The notes beneath the pieces were generated by a model, which saw nothing but the letters and a program-made list of their open reading frames with translations, did no database searches and was not told the origin of the DNA. A stretch of DNA of 39,708 nucleotides from IMG/VR virus record IMGVR_UViG_3300045988_140580; one strand, given 5' to 3'. The DNA comes from a virus. A program made the position numbers and the translations under genes. This document shows, piece by piece, positions 33,462 to 39,708 of this stretch; positions within the stretch are counted from its first letter, which is position 1; every line of letters begins with the position of its first letter.

Positions 33462-34721
33462 ATGGCTCAAGATTTAAAAGCAAGTGTATCTTTTATTGGT
33501 GATGGTAATACTACTAAATTTTATTTCGGATTTGATTATATTAATAAGCAGTTTATTAAGGTCTCTGTAGGGACAGACGGCACACTTTTGTCTTATCCTA
33601 CAGATTACACGGTGAATGATAAAGAGGTGGAGTTCGTGAAAGCACCTGCTAATGGTACACCAATTCGAATTTATAGACAAACTAATACATCTCGAATTAT
33701 TGAATGGTCTGATGGTGCATTCATTAAAGCTTTACAGATGACGCTTGAAAACGTTCAGCAGTTACATCTGATTGAAGAATCCCAGGACTATGTAATCATC
33801 AATGGCATGTCTAAGTATCCAGATGGAGTTAATTTTAACGCTCTGGGAGCACGTGTTATAAATGTTGCAGACCCAAAAGAGTCACAGGATGCTGTAACGA
33901 AGCACTACATGGAAACGGTACAGGGTGGCTTTGTGTCTCAGAATACAGCACTGGTAGAACAGGCGACTACACAGGCGACCAATGCGAAAAACAGTGCATC
34001 CAGTGCGGCTACATCAGCTTCCCAGAGTGCTTCTAGTGCCAGTGCTTCTGAAACATCTAATCAGTCGGCTAAGAAGTGGGCTGAGTCTACGGATTCTCCA
34101 GATAATCAGGCAGACACAGATAGTACGACAGGGAAGACACAGAGTTCCCGAAGTTGGGCGTTGTATAGTAAGGCAAAAGCGCAGGAAGCGATTACAGCTA
34201 CTAGCACAATGGATGAAAAAGTTGCTGTTGCTATAGAACAAGCGAGCAATGCCGCTAAAAATGCTGAGAATAGTAGAGTTAATGCAGAAAATTCTTCTGT
34301 AAGCGCAGAGAAAGCACTCTCGGCAGCAAACAATGCAGGTGCTTATGCGAATGCGGCTCAGATATCTGAGGTAAACGCAGCTGAAAGTGCGAAACAGGCA
34401 GCCGAATCCGCTGTTGTCTCGAATGCTTTCACAGGGGCCACAGCTACACAAGATGGCACAGCCGGGATAGTACCAAAACCACTGGCAGGACAACAGACTA
34501 GTTTCTTAGCTGGTAGTGGTACATGGGAACCTATTTATCTCCTTGTGACCACAGGAATGATAGTGGCATTCAAGGGAAAGCTAGATACAAATGGATTCCC
34601 GATTATTCCTTCTTTAAATACTCCCAATTTTGCATGGCATGTATGTGATGGGACAAATGGCACGCCGGATTTAAAAGATAAATTTATTCCAGGCACGTCT
34701 TATATCATGATGATCGGATAA
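33462..34721 (+). CDS. Tail fiber protein, gp17-like (conserved N-terminal tail-attachment domain, divergent Ala/Ser-rich shaft and C-terminal tip)
   Basis: N-terminal 110 aa are collinear with T7 gp17 (...GDGNTTKFYFGFDYINKQFIKV..., QQLHLIEE). 419 aa. Confidence 0.8.
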   Translation: MAQDLKASVSFIGDGNTTKFYFGFDYINKQFIKVSVGTDGTLLSYPTDYTVNDKEVEFVKAPANGTPIRIYRQTNTSRIIEWSDGAFIKALQMTLENVQQLHLIEESQDYVIINGMSKYPDGVNFNALGARVINVADPKESQDAVTKHYMETVQGGFVSQNTALVEQATTQATNAKNSASSAATSASQSASSASASETSNQSAKKWAESTDSPDNQADTDSTTGKTQSSRSWALYSKAKAQEAITATSTMDEKVAVAIEQASNAAKNAENSRVNAENSSVSAEKALSAANNAGAYANAAQISEVNAAESAKQAAESAVVSNAFTGATATQDGTAGIVPKPLAGQQTSFLAGSGTWEPIYLLVTTGMIVAFKGKLDTNGFPIIPSLNTPNFAWHVCDGTNGTPDLKDKFIPGTSYIMMIG

Positions 34722-34754
34722 TAAGTGAATAATAAATGTAGGTAATCTTATGAT

Positions 34755-34794
34755 GAGGTATTTTAAGAGTTCTTGAGAACACTCAAAATACCTC
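34755..34794 (+). terminator. Long near-perfect hairpin after the tail fiber gene (GAGGTATTTT...AAAATACCTC with inner GAGT/ACTC). No T-run; terminator or RNA processing site.
   Basis: Inverted repeat read directly. Confidence 0.4.
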
Positions 34795-34840
34795 AGAAAA
34801 CCTTGGTTACATTTGTGATTACGTAATAGGAGAATGATAG

Positions 34841-35044
34841 ATGAAAAACTATATTATTCGTATGCAGGATGAACGTGCGAAATTAGAAACTAAATGGGAC
34901 AAACTTATTAAATATGTGAGCGAGCATTATGATAACCTTGATGGAACAGAAATATACTTGATGCAACAGCAAATTAAGTGTATGGAAAAATATATCATGT
35001 TTCTTAACGCTCGTATTGATCATGCTAAACTCAAAGAAAAGTAA
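34841..35044 (+). CDS. Hypothetical small protein (67 aa)
   Basis: RBS AGGAGAATGA. No TM segment. Confidence 0.45.
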   Translation: MKNYIIRMQDERAKLETKWDKLIKYVSEHYDNLDGTEIYLMQQQIKCMEKYIMFLNARIDHAKLKEK

Positions 35045-35058
35045 AAGGACGATGAAAA

Positions 35059-35529
35059 ATGAAACGAGGTTCGCTAACTAATATGATTAACACAATATGG
35101 AACTTATGGACAGCCACAGAAGTTAAGATTGGCTGTCTTTTTTCTATCCTCTGGCTAGCGTTCAATACACTTGTAGGGGGTGTGGATGACCAGATACAGG
35201 CCCTTGTCATTCTTGTGTCTTTAGACATACTGACTGGCATGGTTGCATCTTGTAAATCACACTCCTTTGTGAGTGCCATCGCTACGAGAGGACTTTGTAA
35301 GAAAGCTGTTATGTTCTTAGTCATTGGTCTGGGTGTCTTACTGGACAGTGCCATGCATACACATATGATCCGCACGATGTTCATAGGGGCCTATGCGATT
35401 GTAGAGGCCATGAGTATCTTAGAGAACATAGACAAACTGGGGTATGGACACTATATCCCGAATTTTATACGAAATGCTTTGGCTCAGATTGCTAGAGAAA
35501 AGCATGTGGAAAAGGAAGGGGACAAATAG
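35059..35529 (+). CDS. Holin (multi-TM, about 3-4 TM segments)
   Basis: Several hydrophobic helices: CLFSILWLAFNTLVGGV, ALVILVSLDILTGMVAS and AVMFLVIGLGVLL. Charged C-terminus. Immediately upstream of the endolysin. Confidence 0.65.
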   Translation: MKRGSLTNMINTIWNLWTATEVKIGCLFSILWLAFNTLVGGVDDQIQALVILVSLDILTGMVASCKSHSFVSAIATRGLCKKAVMFLVIGLGVLLDSAMHTHMIRTMFIGAYAIVEAMSILENIDKLGYGHYIPNFIRNALAQIAREKHVEKEGDK

Positions 35530-35591
35530 ATGCTTTTCGTTCTACTTTTGTACCTTTTTCTCTTAAACCTTATAAAAGGTGGTGTTATTTA

Positions 35592-35729
35592 AATGATTGA
35601 TATTTCTGCAATACTCAACAGTTGCTTTTTGTGTTTCTTTTTCGCTACTATCCTTCACACACGCATAGATGAAAAAGACACCTGTACAATTATTCTTTGT
35701 TTTATTTGGTTACAATGTATTATCCTTAG
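35592..35729 (+). CDS. Small hydrophobic Cys-rich peptide (45 aa), not in track. Possible antiholin or membrane peptide.
   Basis: ATG 35592 after AAAAGGTGGTG. Hand translation gives MIDISAILNSCFLCFFFATILHTRIDEKDTCTIILCFYLVTMYYP*. Confidence 0.3.
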
Positions 35730-35769
35730 TTTATTTTATACTGTTATTAAACAAGGGGGTGTTATTTAG

Positions 35770-36366
35770 ATGGCCAGTAAAGTTATTGACGTATCCTATT
35801 GGCAGAAAGACATAGATTATGATGCAGTAGTTGATGCAGGTGTCGATGGAGCCATTGTCAAGATATCTGAAGGATGTATTGAAGAAGAAACATGGAGACA
35901 CCATGTAGAACAGTGTATTGAACGTGGCCTGAAGTGGGGTGTCTATGTCTATTCTCATGCTTCGACACCTGAAAGGGCCAGAGAGGAAGCAGAGACAGCT
36001 ATCATGCTTTTGTCTGGATATTCTACACCACCTTTAGGTATCTGGTTTGATTGTGAAGACCCTGAGTGCTTCGAGGAAGGTATAGACACAACAGCAATCT
36101 GCTCAGCCTTTATCGTAGAATGTAATGAAGCTGGATTCAGAGCAGGTATCTACTCGTCTTCCTTGAAGTTTACAGACTACATGGAAAACTCTATTCAGCC
36201 TAATTTGCTTGCTGATTATGTACCATACTGGATTGCAGATTATCGTGGATACAATGGGTTTGCTCAGGCATACCCAGATAAGCACGTAGCAGGTTGGCAG
36301 TGGAGTGATAAGGAATATATTGGAGATACTAATGTTGATATGAATGAATGGTATGAGGAGATGTAA
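35770..36366 (+). CDS. GH25-family endolysin (muramidase)
   Basis: N-terminal KVIDVSYWQKDIDYDAVVDAGVDGAIVKISEG matches the GH25 signature (DVS.WQ...D...V...G..F..IK..EG). Confidence 0.88.
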   Translation: MASKVIDVSYWQKDIDYDAVVDAGVDGAIVKISEGCIEEETWRHHVEQCIERGLKWGVYVYSHASTPERAREEAETAIMLLSGYSTPPLGIWFDCEDPECFEEGIDTTAICSAFIVECNEAGFRAGIYSSSLKFTDYMENSIQPNLLADYVPYWIADYRGYNGFAQAYPDKHVAGWQWSDKEYIGDTNVDMNEWYEEM

Positions 36367-36369
36367 GAT

Positions 36370-36558
36370 ATGTACAAGAACCTACGCAAGCAACTTTGCA
36401 AAGAGATTAATAAAATGGATGACCATATGTTTATCCTTCATTTAGCTTGCTTGGATATGATAGATACAGAAATTGTTGATAAAATTATTGATTTTAAAAG
36501 ATTAAAAGACGAAGCAGATAAGATTGAGAAAAACTTAGAAAAAAGGAGTAGGGAATGA
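36370..36558 (+). CDS. Hypothetical small protein (62 aa)
   Basis: ORF between the endolysin and the spanin-like genes. Confidence 0.4.
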   Translation: MYKNLRKQLCKEINKMDDHMFILHLACLDMIDTEIVDKIIDFKRLKDEADKIEKNLEKRSRE

Positions 36559-36953
36559 ATGAAGATAAAATCAAATATGCTGAAAAGATCGTTGCTGTCT
36601 GCATTATTGGTTGTCTCGCTATCTTCTGTCTCTTTTGCGTCTACAACTACCTATCCGCAGACAAATCAGCAGACGATCACAATGACACTATCACAATACA
36701 ACGAATTGAAGATGAACATAGACAGCTTGGAGATGAACTTGCAGATATTAGAACAGAACTCCAGTACGGACAAGAAGCAGTTAATAGAGCTGAGGAACGA
36801 GTTGGAGACCTGCAAGAGTCAAATGCTGTTAGCGCAGAAAAGCTCAGAGAAAGCAGAGAACTTATTGAAAGAAGTAGAAACATCTTTAAAGACGTTGACA
36901 GAGCAAATGGACTCCCTGAAGCACAAACTGGCAGTGAAGGAACGACAAAATAA
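36555..36953 (+). CDS. i-spanin-like protein (N-terminal TM plus charged coiled-coil periplasmic domain)
   Basis: TM segment IVAVCIIGCLAIFCLFCVYNYL followed by an E/R-rich helical region. Position after the lysozyme. Confidence 0.5.
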   Translation: MNEDKIKYAEKIVAVCIIGCLAIFCLFCVYNYLSADKSADDHNDTITIQRIEDEHRQLGDELADIRTELQYGQEAVNRAEERVGDLQESNAVSAEKLRESRELIERSRNIFKDVDRANGLPEAQTGSEGTTK

Positions 36954-37005
36954 ACTGGCGTGGTCTGTTGCAGGTGGTCTTCTGATTGGTCTGGTTGCGA
37001 AATAA
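36577..37005 (+). CDS. Embedded alternative-frame ORF: signal peptide, coiled coil and C-terminal TM (o-spanin or u-spanin-like), fully overlapping the i-spanin-like gene
   Basis: MLKRSLLSALLVVSLSSVSFAST signal-like N-terminus and a C-terminal LAWSVAGGLLIGLVAK. It forms a 140+ codon open frame inside another gene in AT-rich DNA. No lipobox Cys is seen. Confidence 0.4.
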   Translation: MLKRSLLSALLVVSLSSVSFASTTTYPQTNQQTITMTLSQYNELKMNIDSLEMNLQILEQNSSTDKKQLIELRNELETCKSQMLLAQKSSEKAENLLKEVETSLKTLTEQMDSLKHKLAVKERQNKLAWSVAGGLLIGLVAK

Positions 37006-37095
37006 GAAAAGTTATTTTTGTCCATGAGTAATTTATCCTGAGGATAGTGTTATGTGTCTAAAAACGCTCTGGGAGCGTGATAGAGGAGAAAAAAC

Positions 37096-37296
37096 ATGAA
37101 AGTACGTATGAAAAATATAGAGAAACCATCAATGGCTAAGGCAATCCGTGAGAAATGTATAGATTGTTGTTGTGGAGACACAGCAGAAGTACGGAAATGT
37201 ATTTTGGATAGATGTCCTCTGTTTCCATACCGATTCGGATGTAATCCCAAAAGCTATATAAACAGGAACAGAGATATCGTTAAAATTATTCCCTAG
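37096..37296 (+). CDS. Small Cys-rich (putative zinc-binding) protein (66 aa)
   Basis: CIDCCCGD...CILDRC...GC. RBS GAGGAG. Confidence 0.45.
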   Translation: MKVRMKNIEKPSMAKAIREKCIDCCCGDTAEVRKCILDRCPLFPYRFGCNPKSYINRNRDIVKIIP

Positions 37297-37324
37297 ACCG
37301 ACTGGGAAGGGGATAGAGACACAT

Positions 37325-37371
37325 AAGGCTCCCTCTAGGTGTAATTACCTATGGAGCCTTTTATTATTTTT
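37325..37371 (+). terminator. Interrupted hairpin (AAGGCTCC..TAGGT..ACCTA..GGAGCCTT) followed by TTATTATTTTT
   Basis: Arms at 37325-37332 / 37353-37360 with an inner TAGGT/ACCTA pairing, then a T-run. Confidence 0.6.
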
Positions 37372-37396
37372 AAATTCGCAAAGGGGTGAGGAAATA

Positions 37397-37651
37397 ATGA
37401 AGATAGATCCTAAACTGTTAGATAAACTTGCAGAGGAAGAAGTACAGGCTCTACTTGATGGTATACAGGATGAAGAATTACGACAAAATCCTGCATTCCT
37501 GGCTAAAGTAAGACAATTCTTAAAAGACAATGATTTGAAGACAACACCAGAAACTACAGCACCTTTGGTTAAACAGATTACGAAAGAATTACCTGATTTT
37601 GGAGAGGATGATGATTTAACTGTTAACACAATGGACACAAGAACAAATTGA
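37397..37651 (+). CDS. Putative terminase small subunit (gp18-like, by size and position)
   Basis: 84-aa acidic helical protein directly upstream of the large terminase. No diagnostic motif. Confidence 0.4.
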   Translation: MKIDPKLLDKLAEEEVQALLDGIQDEELRQNPAFLAKVRQFLKDNDLKTTPETTAPLVKQITKELPDFGEDDDLTVNTMDTRTN

Positions 37652-39335
37652 TGACGCTAAGAAAGATTTTCGTAAGTTTCTGTTCATTTTATGGGATGAG
37701 ATTGCGCTCCCTGAGCCTACAGGCATACAATATGCCATAGCGTCATTATTGATGAAATGCCCACAGAAACGATTCATTATAGAAGGATTCCGTGGTGTAG
37801 CTAAGTCGTTTATTACATGTGCTTATATTGTTTGGTGTCTATGGAATAACCCGCAGCTGAAATGCTTGATAGTGTCTGCTAGTAAGGATAGAGCGGATGC
37901 TAATGCGGTATTCATACGACGTATCATTTACTTACTAGACTTTTTGTCTGATCTTAAGCCTAGAGATGGTCAACGTAATACACAGAACCTTTTTGATGTT
38001 GGCTTAGCAATACCTGATATTTCTCCTTCTGTAAAATCCGTTGGTATTACAGGTCAGATAACAGGCAGCCGTGCAGACATATTGGTTGCAGATGACGTAG
38101 AGATACCAAACAATTCCAGTACACAGGTCCGTAGAGACAAACTATTCGAGGATGTAAAAGAATTTGATGCTATTATAAAGCCGGGGGATAGTAGTAAGAT
38201 TATATACCTTGGAACTCCCCAAAATGAGATGTCACTATATAATGAATTACAGAATCGTGGCTATGGTGTCTTTGTATTCCCTATCGTATATCCGGAAACA
38301 CCAGAGGAACGTGAATACTATGGAGACAAATTAGCTCCCTTTATTGCTGAACCGTATGATAGAAATCCGGAGCTATACGCAGGCAAGCCAACAGATCCTA
38401 AACGATTCCCAGAAGAAGAAATTGAAGAACGTAGATTATCCTACGGTAAGGCAGGGTTTTCTTTACAGTTCAAACTGAATACTAACTTGTCTGACTATGA
38501 AAAGTATCCATTAAAAGTACAAGACCTGATTGTCTCAGAAGTGGATTTGGATGAAAGTTCACTGAAGTGGGCATGGGCAAGCAGTTATGAGTACAGATTA
38601 AACTCATTGCCTTGTGTAGCAGTCAAAGGTGATTATTTCTATAGAGAGTTCGGTAGAAGTAAGGAGACAGCTAAATATACAGGTACCGTTATGTCTATAG
38701 ACCCATCTGGTAGGGGAACAGATGAAACTGCTTACTCTATTGTGAAATACCTGAATGGTTATCTTTTTGTAGTAGAAGTAGGTGGTTATTCAGAAGGATA
38801 CTCTGATTCTGTACTGACACAGTTAGCAAATAAAGCAAAAGTGTATGGAGTAAATGAGATTGTCGTAGAAGCTAACTTCGGGGATGGCATGTTTACACAG
38901 TTATTCAAGCCCATACTGAATAAAATACATCCATGCTCCATTCAAGAAGTGAAGAACACTAAGCAGAAAGAAGCTCGTATTATTGATACACTGGAACCTG
39001 TTATGATGAGACACAAGTTAATAGTAGCAGAGTCAGTCATTAAAGATGATTATATAATATATGAAAATAAAGGACAGAATTACTCTCTGATATATCAACT
39101 GACACGCCTAAGCAGAGACAAAGGTTCACTATCACATGATGACCGCCTGGACTCCTTAACAATGGCTGTGTCGTATTGGTTAGAAGTTATGGATAGGGAT
39201 GAGCAAGTAGGGATGGATGAACAACTGGATGACTTTCTAGAAGCAGCTATGGATGATGACAGGGGCATCTTCTCACTGATGTATGGTAATACCGATATGA
39301 ATAAAAATAGGAATATAATGAATAAAAAATGGTAG
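37620..39335 (+). CDS. Terminase large subunit, T7 gp19-like. The conserved N-terminus is encoded upstream of the track's start, with no canonical start codon.
   Basis: Very high identity to T7 gp19 (FRGVAKSFITCAYIVW, LIVSASKDRADAN, SPSVKSVGITGQITGSRADI, IYLGTPQ, YGKAGFSLQF, IDPSGRGTDETAY). The frame is open from 37620 and encodes LLTQWTQEQIDDAKKDFRKFLFILW, which aligns with T7 MSTQ...DFVAFLFVLW. The first in-frame ATG is at 37752. Confidence 0.9.
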   Translation: MLTQWTQEQIDDAKKDFRKFLFILWDEIALPEPTGIQYAIASLLMKCPQKRFIIEGFRGVAKSFITCAYIVWCLWNNPQLKCLIVSASKDRADANAVFIRRIIYLLDFLSDLKPRDGQRNTQNLFDVGLAIPDISPSVKSVGITGQITGSRADILVADDVEIPNNSSTQVRRDKLFEDVKEFDAIIKPGDSSKIIYLGTPQNEMSLYNELQNRGYGVFVFPIVYPETPEEREYYGDKLAPFIAEPYDRNPELYAGKPTDPKRFPEEEIEERRLSYGKAGFSLQFKLNTNLSDYEKYPLKVQDLIVSEVDLDESSLKWAWASSYEYRLNSLPCVAVKGDYFYREFGRSKETAKYTGTVMSIDPSGRGTDETAYSIVKYLNGYLFVVEVGGYSEGYSDSVLTQLANKAKVYGVNEIVVEANFGDGMFTQLFKPILNKIHPCSIQEVKNTKQKEARIIDTLEPVMMRHKLIVAESVIKDDYIIYENKGQNYSLIYQLTRLSRDKGSLSHDDRLDSLTMAVSYWLEVMDRDEQVGMDEQLDDFLEAAMDDDRGIFSLMYGNTDMNKNRNIMNKKW

Positions 39336-39357
39336 ATTTCTGGTATCCCAGAAATCT

Positions 39358-39380
39358 TATTGTCCCACATATAGGAAAGT
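39358..39380 (+). promoter_or_regulatory. Promoter half-site variant TTATTGTCCCACATATAGGAAAG, in tandem 28 bp upstream of P4
   Basis: Same arrangement as 7721-7743. Confidence 0.4.
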
Positions 39381-39384
39381 CGCT

Positions 39385-39418
39385 TATTGTCCCACTATTA
39401 AGAGAGAGAAGGGAAGAC
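39385..39418 (+). promoter_or_regulatory. Phage-RNAP promoter P4: TTATTGTCCCACTATTAAGAGAGAGAAGGGAAGAC (right-end promoter, like T7 phiOR)
   Basis: Full family member downstream of the terminase gene. Confidence 0.7.
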
Positions 39419-39627
39419 AAAGGAAAACTAAAGTATCTAAGGAACTCTAATTATACTAAGTATACATATGTACTCAGTTAGCTGTCCTTTAGCGCACTGA
39501 AGTATTCCTGTATCCTTCAGTATCCCTAAAGTATCAAACACTATATCCCATATCGGATAGACAAGGAATAAGCAACTAACAGCTAAACACTTACCACTAA
39601 TTACACACTCATAGGAAGCCTATGGGC

Positions 39628-39708
39628 ATCACCGTCGTCTTTGGCACATCCATTGCGACCATCTTCGGCGTATTCCTCATTCCGATTCTGTTCATCATCG
39701 TAGAAAAT
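39628..39708. repeat. Right copy of the 81-bp terminal direct repeat
   Basis: Identical to 1-81. Confidence 0.9.

Noticed and set aside
34014-34493. 159-aa minus-strand ORF and an 84-aa plus-strand alternative-frame ORF inside the tail fiber shaft region
   Set aside because: The Ala/Ser-rich repetitive coding sequence (GCN/TCN codons) naturally leaves alternative frames open. No start context is present.
39590-39620. Promoter-like sequence ACTTACCACTAATTACACACTCATAGG near the right terminal repeat
   Set aside because: It shares only CCACTA-TTA with the family consensus and lacks the ATTGTCC upstream element. It is too degenerate to call.
1-39708. CRISPR arrays, tRNA genes, rRNA
   Set aside because: No spaced direct-repeat arrays and no cloverleaf-compatible 70-90 nt segments were noticed. 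The only tandem repeats are the 22-bp iteron-like units, which are contiguous rather than spacer-separated.

Overview
The window is a complete T7-like (Autographiviridae-type) podophage genome of about 39.6 kb, closed by an identical 81-bp direct repeat at both ends (1-81 and 39628-39708).

Nearly all genes are on the + strand in canonical T7 order:
- an early region, then the single-subunit RNA polymerase (motif VHDSFGT);
- dUTPase, a gp2.5-like SSB ending in an acidic ...DEVDF tail, endonuclease I, a T7-lysozyme-like protein and primase-helicase;
- family-A DNA polymerase (DIETDG exo motif) and 5'-3' exonuclease;
- portal, scaffold, major capsid, tail tubular proteins A and B, internal virion proteins (gp14-, gp15- and gp16-like, the last with an N-terminal lytic transglycosylase domain) and tail fiber;
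- holin, GH25 endolysin, a spanin-like pair and terminase.

Several features are unusual for a T7-like phage:
- A minus-strand lysogeny module at the left end: a tyrosine integrase, a secreted/membrane protein, and a small ribbon-helix-helix repressor candidate that is missing from the ORF track. The repressor faces the early operon across a region with divergent sigma70-like promoters and three copies of a palindromic operator.
- An anaerobic class III ribonucleotide reductase module (NrdG activase, glutaredoxin-like protein, NrdD), together with ThyX and dUTPase.
- A phage-specific promoter family, ATTGTCCCACTATTAAGAGAGAAGG, at four sites. It shares the CACTAT core of T7 promoters. Two half-site variants sit in tandem with full sites.
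- The RNAP gene is insulated from the early operon by a perfect 19-bp hairpin and carries its own phage promoter.
- Two early intergenic RNA stem-loop elements are conserved by compensatory base changes.
- The early genes include an acidic protein and a RadC-like JAB protein.
- The T7-lysozyme homolog is truncated and lacks its zinc ligands.
- Two spanin-like ORFs overlap completely in different frames.
- Endonuclease I and large terminase have conserved N-termini with no canonical start codon.

The DNA is AT-rich with strong Shine-Dalgarno sites. Spanins and anaerobic NrdDG suggest a diderm, anaerobic or facultative, low-GC host; this is inference only. Long antisense ORFs in the track are judged spurious.
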